DNA of 61,593 nt, counting the filler. It is 8 parts of 8 records of this genome, joined end to end, with 100 filler letters (N's around TTAATTAATTAA, not from the genome) between each part and the next. Parts side by side here need not be neighbours in the genome. Positions count along the whole stretch, not along the records: positions 1 to 9,998 come from SRR31147125_125868; positions 10,099 to 15,197 come from SRR31147125_126350; 6 more parts are not named here. One strand, 5' to 3'. A program made the translations under genes and the position numbers. The notes beneath the pieces are model-generated. The model saw only the letters and a program-made list of their open reading frames with translations, ran no database searches and was not told where the DNA came from. Below, one piece after another: positions 1 through 11,934 of the stretch; the stretch's first letter is position 1, and the number at the start of each line of letters is the position of its first letter.

Positions 1-1772
1 GTCCATGACCGGCATCTGGATATCCATGAGAATGATATCGAATTGTTGCCTTTCCACTGCATCTACCGCTTCGCGACCATTATTGGCCACGGAAACGACA
101 GCACCGGCATCGATCAATATCTCCATGGCTACTTGCTGATTGATTCGGTTGTCCTCCACAAGCAATATATTGGCACCGCCCACCTCTCTGTGCCAGGACG
201 GATCATACCGATTGAAGGATTGGGACATGTTTCGGAAGGCCGAGGGAATAATAGAATGATATCGTTCCGGCGATACCTTTTGAGTCGTTTCATAAACATC
301 AGCAGCAGCAAGTCCCATGGCAACGGAGAAGGTGAAGGTCGTGCCGACACCGGGTTTGCTTGAGACGGAAATCTCTCCGCCCATCATCTCCACCAGACGT
401 TTGGAGATACTGAGCCCCAAACCGGTCCCACCGAATTTTCTGGAGATGGATGAATCCCCCTGAGAGAATGCCTCAAACAGATGTTCCATCTCCCCCTCGG
501 TCATCCCGATCCCGGTATCGGAAACAGCAAATTGGAGAATACAACACTTCCGGGTTTGCGATTGCAGTGAAGTTGTAATGGTAATTTGACCCGATTCCGT
601 AAATTTTACGGCATTGTTGGTCAGGTTGATCAGAATCTGGTTTAACCGAAGGGGATCCCCCATAATATCATTGGGCACATCTTGTGCCAGTGAGTAATTC
701 AGTTCGATCCCTTTTTTTCCGCCTGAATTGAGACCATGGAGATTAGATTCTCCAGCAGACCGCCAAGCTGAAAAGGAACGCGTTCCAAATCAAGCTTGTC
801 CGCTTCAATCTTTGTAAAATCGAGAATATCGTTAATGATTCCCAAAAGGGTACGGGCGGACAGATCAATCTTTGAGACGTAATCCCGCTGTTGGGCATTC
901 AGCTCGGTCTTGAGGGCCAGGCCGGCAAATCCCATGATGGCGTTCATCGGGGTTCTCACCTCATGACTCATGTTTGCCAAAAACCGACTTTTTGCCTTTG
1001 TGGCCTCTTCAGCGCTTTGCCTGGCATCGGCACTCTCGGCAAGTGCCTGTTCAACGGTTTCAAGAAGGGCATTTATACTTCTGGACAGTCTTCCGATTTC
1101 ATTATTCGCATTGTTGGGATCAATGGTAAGGCGGACTCCGCTATCCGGTTTAATATTTGCAACCGCCGCTGTAAAGCCGGCAACAGGCCCGGTGATGATT
1201 CGCCGGGAAAACCAGGTAATCAAAAATGAAGCAGCCAGCAGTTGAAGCAGCATGGTCCCTGCCTGACTGAAAGAGCGATCCCGCGCCTCTTTTCGAATCT
1301 GCTTTTTGTCTTGAAGGACAATCAAAGCGCCGATGTGCTCCCCTTCATTTACCGGCGAAAAAAGCGGGTAGATTGAGCCTCGACTGAAGTCGCCCTTTTG
1401 AGCATTTATTCTAAGGATATCGGACCGACTTCCGGCTACGTTGCCTTCTTTTATTGTAAGATCATCTTGGAATTTCTGAGTGCTGAATCCATCTTCCGAC
1501 TCAATGCGGATACCGAGAAAAAGGGGATTGGTGAGAAGTCCGGTGAGAATTTCATCGGCGATCTCGGAATTTCTGGCAAACGCCGCCACCTCAGCCTGGC
1601 TTTGAACCGTCCGGATAAGTTGACCTTGCAAGTTTTCGCTGGACCGGAGTTGATGCCTAAACGCATTGTAGTAAGTAAAAATCCCCATCAACAGGGAAAA
1701 ACAGAGCAATCCAACGCTGACATAAATAACAAGTAAATGTTCTAAACTATTGATTGCACGACGCATATACAC
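1..1772 (-). CDS. Membrane hybrid histidine kinase (2TM-HAMP-HisKA-HATPase-REC), 3'-partial, frameshifted near 710
   Basis: H-box FLANMSHEVRTPMNAI. After a one-base correction at the C/T run 708-718 the frame continues GDPLRLNQILINLTNNAVKFT...GGTGLGLSIS, and the window edge reads ILLVEDNRINQQVA...ILMDIQMPVMD (receiver). Confidence 0.9.
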
Positions 1773-1855
1773 ACTCTTTCAAGCCGAGTTAACCGCCCAC
1801 TGCAAAAAACTGAAAAGGGGAACCGACCAACCGTCAAAATATCCTCAAAAAAACG

Positions 1856-3024
1856 TTACCATAAGGGACGGATGATTTCCGGCAGCACGTTGGAAGAGAG
1901 CACCTCACGCAGCTCTTCTCCCAATCGTTCCGCGGAATTCCAAGCCAGCTTCCATTGTTGGATCCTCATTTTGTTTTTCCCTTTGAATCGAGTAAAATCC
2001 GCCCGTTCGGGGATGGCACCACCCGGTAGCATCTCAACGAATTCGCGACTGGGGGTCACCATCAACACATGTCTCAAGTTTTCTCGATCGGCCTGACGCC
2101 AAGGCAGATGCTTATCCAACCATCCCGGAACGATTCGGTCGGTATAGTGTGGAAAGAGAACAATCTTTTCCGTTCCTGCGTCCATTCCGGAACCATCAAG
2201 ATCACGTTGGGTTTCTCTCTTCAAGGGGGACGCCTCGAATCCACTGTCGTGCGTATTGTTCAGTTTGCCGGTACCCAGAAAAGGAATATTCAGATGATAA
2301 TCGATCACACCACCATCCCTGTAAACCCCTTTCGGCGCATCCGGGATATTTTTGACACCGCGCATAATAACAGGAATGGAACCTGAAGACAATAAAGCCT
2401 CCTTGAAATTGGCCGGCGTGAGCGACACACGGCAGGGGGAGAAATCACCGGCATGAATAAAGGGAGGCAAATCGGCCGGATGATGAAACAGAACCCGCCT
2501 GAAAAAAAGCGTTAAAGCGGCGCGATCGACGGCATTTAAGACGGCGGACGCAGCAAGGGCGGAAAGCAGCAGCAACGGATGATCGCTTTTCGCCGGACCT
2601 TTTGCCTGCACCGAAAAAAAGGTGGGACGACAATAGGGATGGTGAAAAATTCATCCAATGCTGTCCCATCCATAACCCCGTCAATGATCTTCCGACACTC
2701 CACGTCAATCTCTTCAAGGGTGGGCTTCAATGAATAATGTTGATGAATATATGCGCGGGCCAGTTTTTCAATGCCCTGTTCCGGATCATTTCGAGTCAGC
2801 GCGGCAAACCGCCATGCGCCGGAGGATGAGCCTGCAAGGTAAAGCGGCGTCCGACGCCCTTTAAACCACTCTGAAAAGAGAAATCGATCCATATGCCCGA
2901 GAATCAGCCATTTAGGGCCACCGGCTGCACCGGCAACCACCTTGACTCGATCCGGAGTCAATCCGTATTTTTTGATGATGGCGATGGTACGATCACCGCC
3001 GTAGAAGGAAAGATAACGAGGCAT
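1856..3024 (-). CDS. Patatin-like phospholipase family protein, frameshifted near 2612
   Basis: Gly-rich GAAGGPK, nucleophile GSSSG and DGG motifs. ORFs 2536-3024 and 1856-2611 meet at a poly-A run. Confidence 0.8.
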
Positions 3025-3037
3025 TTATCAAAGCCAA

Positions 3038-4363
3038 TTAAAATGTGTATTCAACGCAGACAGTAGCGAGATTGACCACACTGGAAACCGACATAATATT
3101 TCCATCGCGCCACCACAATGCATACCCATAGGCATCTATATGGGTCCTGTCCCACTGCAGCTTCAGTGCGGCTTGATTATGGAAATCCCATCGGACACCT
3201 AAAGAAATAGTATATTGATCGATCCGGGTCGTGTTCAATAAGTCCAGGGCAATATTTTGAATTTCAGCAGCTTCCGGAGCGATCACTCCCCAATCACTGA
3301 CAGGATACCGGACATCCTTGACGGAGCGACCGTAACCGAAAAGCATGTATGGGGTCATGTCTCCAAAACGACGTCCAACGCCCAAATAGCCGATATCACT
3401 TTCCGGAAGGGCTTTCACGTTGGAGGATCCTCGGGCAAGCTCCGCCTGGACAACCCACATTCCATTGTCATACGCCATGCCGATGGTGGAATACCTTAGC
3501 TTTGCCCCTTCGAGTTTGAGCTCCCTTTGGAGAGCTCTTGCCTCTTCACTGACTTCCGGCATCAATTCAGATGTGGCTGAAGCGAAAAAGTCGAGCCCTC
3601 CCAGCAGAGGCCAACCATCAGCGGCCTGGTTTTCCGCTGTCATACGAGAGTGCCCCACCTTCAATTGCAACGGACCGGATTGACGAGACAAGGAGAGACT
3701 CCAAAGGTCATCGGTCTCAAAGTCGTAGTTGCTGCCTCCCACCTCAAAACGGTGCTGACCGCCCTGCGCTTTCACAGCCCACTGCACATCCCCCTGATCG
3801 ATGTGCCAGGTGAGATCCGCCCCATCCACCGAGAAAATCGGCGTCCAGCCGTAAAACTCCGTTGGCGGACGCACCCAAAGGTATGCATATCCGATGTTTC
3901 TTGTGTCGGACATCAGAAAGGCATCATACCCCAACCGGCCTATACGAATATCCACTGTGGGAAAGGGACGCCCTCTGAAAAAAGCGGTCTCGACGGAGTT
4001 CATAAAATTTAGATCCGCCTGGTGCCGAAGCACGCCTTGAATCACCATGTCCACCGTTTCACTGAATCGATATTCGGCTTGAAGGGCAATTCTGGAGTCC
4101 AGCCGCCAATACCAGTCGGTTGCATTGACATCGTTGTCGTCAAATGGGCTTTGAGTAATATCTCGAAAGATGGTCAAATCGTCATTATCATCCCATGATG
4201 CACCCAATGTTCCAAAGCCGCCGATGCGCAGTCCTGAAAGAGACGCATCCTCTGCCGACGCATTCTCCAACAAAGCGGCTCCCACGAAAAACCCGGTGAT
4301 TAAGAGAAAGAAAACGACACCTTTTGCAATATTTTCAACAACACGCATTCCATTGATTTTCAT
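3038..4363 (-). CDS. Outer-membrane porin-like beta-barrel protein
   Basis: Signal peptide, IGGFGTLG start of the mature region, amphipathic strands, LGVRWDF...ALKLQWD and terminal YTF. Confidence 0.75.
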   Translation of the reverse strand: MKINGMRVVENIAKGVVFFLLITGFFVGAALLENASAEDASLSGLRIGGFGTLGASWDDNDDLTIFRDITQSPFDDNDVNATDWYWRLDSRIALQAEYRFSETVDMVIQGVLRHQADLNFMNSVETAFFRGRPFPTVDIRIGRLGYDAFLMSDTRNIGYAYLWVRPPTEFYGWTPIFSVDGADLTWHIDQGDVQWAVKAQGGQHRFEVGGSNYDFETDDLWSLSLSRQSGPLQLKVGHSRMTAENQAADGWPLLGGLDFFASATSELMPEVSEEARALQRELKLEGAKLRYSTIGMAYDNGMWVVQAELARGSSNVKALPESDIGYLGVGRRFGDMTPYMLFGYGRSVKDVRYPVSDWGVIAPEAAEIQNIALDLLNTTRIDQYTISLGVRWDFHNQAALKLQWDRTHIDAYGYALWWRDGNIMSVSSVVNLATVCVEYTF

Positions 4364-4365
4364 GC

Positions 4366-4808
4366 TCAGTCCCCCAGATTCAAAATCACACGAACGGAAC
4401 CATCAACGCTATCGGCATGGAGATAGCCAATGGCATATTTATTGGCTCGAACCACCTCAAGCACGGTTCGGCTATCTTTTAGTTCCGGCGGCGGCGGCAC
4501 CGATCCGCTGAATTGAAGGCGTGCCCAATAGGCATTGAGACGACTGAGGGACATTCCATTGAGCAGTCGAAAGAATGTGGCTCGCATTGGAGAGTTTCTT
4601 TTCTGCTCCAACACCATGGCAAGCTCCCCCGATGGAAAAGTTCGTCGGCGTCCCAAAAAATGTCCGAGACCTGACGACGGGTGAGGTGTTGGATGCTGTT
4701 TCGTGAGTTGACGACCACGACCACTTCAGCGGCAGCACCTCCCGATGGAGGAATGAAGCACAATAAAACAATCATAACGACGATCAATTTTTTCATTTGT
4801 ATTTTCAT
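4366..4808 (-). CDS. Small periplasmic protein (phosphate ABC substrate-binding-like), frameshifted near 4658
   Basis: Signal peptide then EVVVVVNSRNSIQHLTRRQVSDIF|GRRRTFPSG...AYWARLQFSG...AIGYL. The break is in a poly-A run. Confidence 0.75.
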
Positions 4809-4825
4809 GGCATACTTAAAAATTC

Positions 4826-7800
4826 TCAGAGGGGCAAAATATGCTTTTCGTTTTTACTGGAATGCGACCCTTTAAATATTTTCCCGGTTCTGCCGTCAAT
4901 GGAGACCTCGTCTCCAAAGGAAATCCGTACTCCGGCAAACTCACAATAGTGCCGAGATTCATATACCCGCATCTCACGGCATCCCACAACACAGGTTTTC
5001 TCCAGACGCACCGCCACAACAGATGCGTGGGAAGTCTGCCCTCCCCTGGAGGTGAGAAGGCCGTCGGCCATATCGATCACTTTGATATCTTCCGGCACCG
5101 TATCCTGCCGGATCAAGATCAGCGGTCGGTTTTTTGCATCTTTATTTTTAAATTTCATCCGCATCTCACGGATCTGGTGTTGGGAAAATACGGCGATGCC
5201 GGAAAGGGCGGAGCCGGACACCCCGATACCGTTTCCTAGAAATGCCCGGGAGAGGGCCGGAGTTTTTTTAAACACATCGAACTGTTCCTTCTTTTTGATG
5301 GTAATCATGTCCCGGGTCTGAAGCAAATAGAGATGCTCCGGTTCCGGCCCTTCAAAGGTAAATTCCATCTCCTGTGGATTCCATCGTTGTTGATAGACCA
5401 GCTCCCTGGCAATGGCAAGCAGGCGATCATAGATCTTTGGAAATCGCTTCTCAAGGCTCTTTTCCACATCCCTGCCATCCAATTCCGCCTGTTCCACGGA
5501 AATGGGATGGCTCGTCACCAATCCCGCCACAATATCTTCTCCCTGATCGCCGTAGGCATAATCACCCCACAGCGCCACCCGCTGAACTTTCCGGTAGGGA
5601 TGAGAGGTAAAAAGAACCCCTGAACCGGAGCGGCTGCTTTTGTTTCCAAAGACCATGGTCTGGACAATCACTGCGGTTCCCCAAGCATCGGAGAGATCCA
5701 TCACCTTGCGGTAATCCGCCGCTTTTACGTTGGCCCAGGAATCGAGCACCATCTCAATGGCCCCCAACAGTTGAAGCCATGGATCATCAGGGATCCTAAG
5801 CCCTTTGTTTCGAACCAGACGGCTGTAGTTCAGAGCCAACTCCCGCATTTGATCCGGAGTGAATTCCCACTTCAGTTTCACCTGATGCCGCTCTTTTGCT
5901 TCGTCCATCAATTGTTGAAAATCTTCTCTGTCCAGTTTCCCTGAAATCATGGCCCAGGATTGAAGAAAACGGCGGTAATTGTCCCAGATCAGATAGGAAT
6001 TGCCCTGGAGGGCCACATGGGCATCGATCAGCGCTTCATTCAACCCCACATTGTGGATGGTGGCCATCATTCCGGGCATGGAGAGGGCGGAACCGCTCCG
6101 GACGGAGAGTAACAGCGGATTGTCCGGCATACCGTCCTCCGGTAATCCGAATTTTTGCCCGGTAATGCCCTCGATCCGGCCGAGGGACTCCCGGATGCGC
6201 GCCATGAATTCATCTTTTGCCTTATCAAAGAAGTAGACCACCTCTCGGCATCGAAAAATCTCCGTCGTGATGATAAACGCCGGCGGCACCGGCAGGTTAT
6301 CCTGGGTCATGGTGAGTAGGTTGAACCCCTTGTTGCTGAGATGAATGGGATTGTGGGTGTGGGGATTGCCGCCGCTGAGCATGGAGATGCTCATTTCAGG
6401 ATTGTAGGTCATGAGCAGATCCAGATGCGTTTCACTCAAAAGACTCTTTTGCTGCTCCAGAGTCCGGATGATCCTTGTAATAAAGGCGTCCAGATGCTGC
6501 AACCCGAATGTCGAGGCAATCAGATCCCGGAAAAACGCTTCTGACAGCTGATGCAGCGTATTTACCGGATCCCCATCTTTCCAAAAGGTCTTATTTCCGG
6601 GGATCAGATTCTCCTTGCCGATACGGGGGATGATGATGGAAAGATTGTTCTGGTGGATGTTGGTGTAATAGGCATAGATGACATCCTTGACGCCTTCGGA
6701 AAATCCCCTGAAGATATCCATGTACTGGGTGTAGGAAAAGCGCCGGATTTTAAGGGAGCTGTCCAGCAGGGACATGTAGGTATTGAGACGTCTGGAGGAA
6801 ATACCGTCGATGGCCAGCGCCCTGAGGTAGAGTTTCAGGCAATCGGCAATGCGAAACACCGTGGCCTGGGTGATAAAGTTGAGATTGACCTCTTGGGACA
6901 ATTTTTCCAGATAAAGTGCCGCCAGATTCTCAAGGCGAAAGGTAAGACTCAGACTGTCGAATTTTCGCTCCTGGTAACTGCCGTACATGGAGGGGATATC
7001 CACGGCAATATGACGTTTGTGATGAATTGCCTCCCGGGCGGTGAATGTTTCCTCGGAGAGAATGATCTTCTTGAGGCGCTCCAGTTGTGTCAGCAGGGCA
7101 TCGAGACAGTGCGTGGTATTGAGGCATCGACATATACTGCCGATGCCGGTGCCCCCCCTTTTAGACGGGAATGTTCACCCTCTTTTTCAACGTACTCCGC
7201 TTCGGCACCTTCGAGAGTCTCCATCAGCGCCTGCATGCCGACAAATCCCTCCCGCTCGGCCTGGGCAAACTCCGCCTTTAAATCCTGAAAACTCAAATTG
7301 TACTTTTGATGGACCAGGCGATACATCTGCACCATGAGATCAAACCGTCGACGCTCCCGGACGGAGATATCCTTTTGCGCGTTGAGATATTGCTTGAGCT
7401 CCTTTCTGCTCCAGGTCAGAGTATCGTCCATGGAGGTGATCCTAAGCTCTCGGGCAATTTTCCCGGTAAGCGCATGGAGTTCATCGACAAACGGCCCCCG
7501 GGTCTCGATTTCTTCAAAGGTGTCATGGGGGACATACCCGGACAGCGGCCCTTTATTCCGCGTTTTCCAGAAAGTGAAAATCTCATGCATAAACTCCACC
7601 ACCAGGTTTGAGCTCTCCACATGGGCCTGCTTTCTCAGAAAGTGGATCAATCGATCTTTCCGTTTATGCACCTCATCCAGTTCGGTGGAGACGTACCGAA
7701 GCTCTCCTTCGGCACCGATCTGATTGAAAAACACCGGCATCAACTTGGTGAACTGCTTCACCAGATTGTACACCGGTTCAATGGGATGATTGAGCAGGTG

Positions 7801-9333
7801 AGTGATGTCCCGCTGAAAGAGATCGGTATCCTTGACGCAGGTGCCTGCCAGCTTGATGTTAATGATCAGGGCGGAAAAAAGCGTCGCGCACCATTTGGGT
7901 TCCTGGGTGATGAGATGGAGCCAGACCCGAATGTTGGTGAGATGAGCCGGATTGGTGATGGGCTGCCACTCTTCGTCCACTCCGGCCACGGATGCCTGCT
8001 GAAATCCAAACCGTACCGCTTCCCACAAAAACGTCTCCACCATCCGGCTGTTGCCCCGCTTGAACACCTCGTCTCCCAGTACCTGAATACAGTTGAGGGA
8101 GGTATGGGGATATTTACCTACATTGGCTTCCAGGAATTTAAAGGTGGTCAGAAGAAAATTTTCGATCTCTTCAAATCCCTGACGCCGAATCAGGTTCACC
8201 AGGCTGTGATTGATCTCCCGCAGGGTCTCTTCGTGAATCAAATAGAGGCCCTGTGTATCCATGATCTTGAATAGAAAACGAAGCTTGAGATTTTCAGCGT
8301 CCTGGGAGGCAAGGTTTTGGGGGAGCACACATTGCTCCGTATTAGAAGAAGAAGCACTGTCGACCAGGGTCTCATTTTGGGTTGATTTGTCTGCCGGTAG
8401 GTCTGCTGAGGGTGAAAGCGGCGACGCCATGTGCAAATCCGTCAGCGCATTTGTCACTGCTTTGTATTGTCTCACCATATCCAGATGGCAAGGAAGTGAG
8501 AGCATTTTCTTGAGGGATTGGGCGCTGTCTGTTTTCGTTTTAGCTTCATCCAGGACATCCAACTGCATTTGAACGGATTGGTGACTCACTTCCCGGATGA
8601 GCGTTTCCACCTTATCCATTCCATTCAACGGCCGTCTGCTTTCTTCACTCTCAGAAGGAGATTCGGGCTGCTTGTCGAGCCACTCCAAAGGATCCTCTTC
8701 ACCCAGCCAATAGCGATACGTCCGACTGAGAACGGCAGCCGTCAAGTTTGCAAGCGGCCGATAATCAAAATCACATGTCTCCCTTTCCAGCTTGACCATT
8801 CGAGTGATCATTTTTCGCATGGCATGATGCCCCTGAACAATGTGCATCATGGCTCTTTTCTCTTCTTTTTCATCACCGCTGAGCGAGATCAATTGAATGA
8901 AAAAGGTATTGAACACCGATTGGTACCGGGTGAGATCCTCCGGCCGTAAAAAAGAAATCAATTTGTCCAACCATGCAAAGAGCGCTTCTACCACTTGGGA
9001 GAGGACTGGATCGTTCTTTTCCGATTCAGACAAGGCCTTCAGAAAGAGTTCGGAAAATAATGTAAATGCCTCAGGGCCCTGGGGATGTTTATTGTAGAGA
9101 TGGCAATTTTTCAGAAGATAGCTTCGGAGCTGCGGAAGTAAAATCGACCAATTTCGGAAGGGGTGACAAAGCTCGAGAAGCAGTGACTCAAGATTGTTAC
9201 GGATGCCCCGGTATTTCGACACCACATCCAGAAGCAGGTGATATTCGGGTGGGATGGTGACCTGCTGTGCGGTTTCAAGCAGATTGGCCCTCAAGGCATC
9301 GGATTCGATCAATTCTGATGGGAAGGCATTCAT
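4826..9333 (-). CDS. Large PPDK-like protein (~1000-aa N-terminal region + ATP-grasp + phospho-His swivel domain, no C-terminal pyruvate-binding barrel), frameshifted near 7155
   Basis: LLSVRSGSALSMPGMM, QTMVFGN, QGEDIVAG, LYLLQTR, RGGQTSHASVVA. The second ORF's frame is open upstream (NTTHCLDALLTQLERLKK...) to a poly-C run that joins ORF 7090-9333. Confidence 0.85.
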
Positions 9334-9454
9334 GGCCTTTGATACTCCTGTCGGTACCCTTGATATTTCATATCAATCGGGGCGGCTACAACCCCGTCCA
9401 GCCGCCCCGAACCATACGCATTTCATTGTTATCACAATCGAAGCATCCGTGTCT

Positions 9455-9998
<544 letters not shown>

Positions 9999-10098
9999 NN
10001 NNNNNNNNNNNNNNNNNNNNNNNNNNNNNNNNNNNNNNNNNNTTAATTAATTAANNNNNNNNNNNNNNNNNNNNNNNNNNNNNNNNNNNNNNNNNNNN
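9999..10098. other. Artificial contig spacer
   Basis: N44-TTAATTAATTAA-N44, giving stops in all six frames; identical at all seven junctions. Confidence 0.98.
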
Positions 10099-10911
10099 GA
10101 TAATCTGCCGATCAGGTAGTTTCCCCTTACTGTAATGTTCCAAAAATTCCTTGAAAGTGGTTTCACTCTCACCGGAAAAAATAAAATCCACGGCATCACT
10201 CAAGGCGGCAATGCCTTCAGCCATCTCAGCCTCGCAATTGGAGCCGCCAAGCAGGGTCAATGTCTCCGGCCGAGCTTTTTTCACGGCGTTTATTACCGCG
10301 ATACAGCAGTTGGTTTGTTCCCAATTACTGGATAGCAGCACCATTTTACAGTTGAGGGCCTCAATGGCGCAAGAAACAGCCATTACAAATGAATGACAAG
10401 TCCGTTCTATTTCAAAAAAATATTCCAGATCAAATTCGGTAATGTCATAATATTTATATTCAAAATCATTGACGGCGTCCTGCGAACCGAATACCGATCG
10501 GGCCGGGTCCAAACAGAGCTCCGGGGATTTTCCCAAGGGAGGCAACCCATAAGCGCTACGGGCAAACAAGCGCTCTCCAAGCATACGGAACGGTTGGCCG
10601 TAGCTGACGCTTTCATAGGTTTTAATACCGATAATACTCGCTAAAAGCTGGTTCAGGCACAACACCTCGGTTTTGAAGCCCATTTGAGCGGCAATGGATT
10701 GCAGAATGTAGGGCCCCATGACAGGGGTTCGGGTGGTGACAAACGGAGGAACCAGCAGCAGGATTTCCGGATCATGGATGACGGCGTGAATTCGGGTGCA
10801 GATCTCATGGGTGTCTATCAAGTCTATCATAGGGGCCATATCAGAAGAGAAGCGTTTCATGGGTAAGGCAAAGTCCATTGGGCTGCAATCTTTTTGTATT
10901 AATACGGCCAA
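10099..10911 (-). CDS. B12-binding N-terminal part of a RiPP-maturation radical SAM (class B C-methyltransferase-like), 3'-partial
   Basis: ILLLVPPF..P.MGPYILQS, LGERLFARSAYG, LLGGSNCEAEMAEGI, DFIFSGESE are typical of cobalamin-dependent RiPP rSAM enzymes. The CxxxCxxC motif would lie beyond the contig end. Start codon uncertain. Confidence 0.75.
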
Positions 10912-11171
10912 TGCATTCGAAAGAGAGTTTGTCTGATATTTATATTTGGGAGGTTTTCGACAGATTCGTCTTCGAGAATTGCCATCACTATTTTTAACAA
11001 GTTTGTTCGATACTGTGTTTTCAGTGAAAATATCACTGTGACCTCAGGTCAGAAAAAAGGGAATGAGCTATCACTACAAGAATGTTTAAAATTTGGCGAT
11101 TATTTTTCCTTCCGGCTGACGCTGGGATTTTCGGTACAACTGAAGCGGTTCACCCTTGATTCGCATCGACG

Positions 11172-11211
11172 CCCCTGTCAATCAACGTTATCAAACCTTG
11201 ATCGACAGGGG
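11172..11211 (-). terminator. Stem-loop downstream of the precursor gene
   Basis: CCCCTGTCAATCAA-N12-TTGATCGACAGGGG, 13 of 14 positions complementary; no clear U tract. Confidence 0.5.
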
Positions 11212-11320
11212 GGATGATAAAGATACAGTCAAAAGTGTCAAAAGAACGAATCTTCCCGAACTGTTTACAAGCTACCATTCAATGCCTTTGAAGCCTCGCT
11301 TTGGATTGCACCATTTGCGA

Positions 11321-11830
11321 TCAGCAAGTACTTAAGACCAATTCGGCCTCAGGCGCATCTTTGAATTTAAACTCGGTGAGTAAATCCGTTTCCATGGAAA
11401 AATAGGGCATCACCACGACCATGGAATCACACTCGTCGCGCTTGAACGGAACGTCGACATTCATCGGACCGGCATCCTCCCGTTCCGACACTTTTCGGCT
11501 GAGCTTTCCGCTCCGGTCAATAAGGCTTTCGGTAACGGACAAAGGCCCCTCGACATATTGCACTTCCTCTTTGTCATTGTGAAAATTAACAGTGGGCCAA
11601 CGGGTTCCATAGGGGTCCAGTTTGACAACGGCATCTTCGGGGATTGTCAGTCCGACAAAATTTTCCAGCAGCTGCCGCGGCTCATTTTCAAAAAAATCGC
11701 GCACCTGTTCGTTGGCGATACAAGAGGCCATCAGCAGCATATACCGTTCGGTTACTTTTTGCAGCTTGGATTCGGGGTGAGATTTTTCGAGGATTTCCAA
11801 AATGTCGTTCAGTTCCAGATTTTCATTCAT
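11321..11830 (-). CDS. Putative NHLP-like RiPP precursor (169 aa) ending ...AELVLSTC
   Basis: AAGGAGGA RBS before the ATG at 11830. MASCIANEQVRDFFENEPRQLLENFVGLTIPEDAVVKL and VVVMPY resemble the nitrile-hydratase-like leader pattern. Lies between ycaO and the rSAM gene. Confidence 0.6.
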   Translation of the reverse strand: MNENLELNDILEILEKSHPESKLQKVTERYMLLMASCIANEQVRDFFENEPRQLLENFVGLTIPEDAVVKLDPYGTRWPTVNFHNDKEEVQYVEGPLSVTESLIDRSGKLSRKVSEREDAGPMNVDVPFKRDECDSMVVVMPYFSMETDLLTEFKFKDAPEAELVLSTC

Positions 11831-11934
11831 AACGTCCTCCTTAAAAAAAGCTTTTAATGTTTTTCCGGGAAATTCCCGAAGGTGATGAAACGTTGAATAA
11901 AAGACCCTCGTGCCCATTCGAAAATGGTTCAGGG

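Noticed and set aside
9377-9410. GC-rich hairpin between gap and the dikinase gene
   Set aside because: An 11-bp stem without a clear U tract; an ordinary intergenic element.
10912-11320. Additional short precursor peptides between precursor and rSAM
   Set aside because: Only a short ORF from the ATG at 10985 with no Cys-rich core was seen; it may be the frameshifted rSAM N-terminus.
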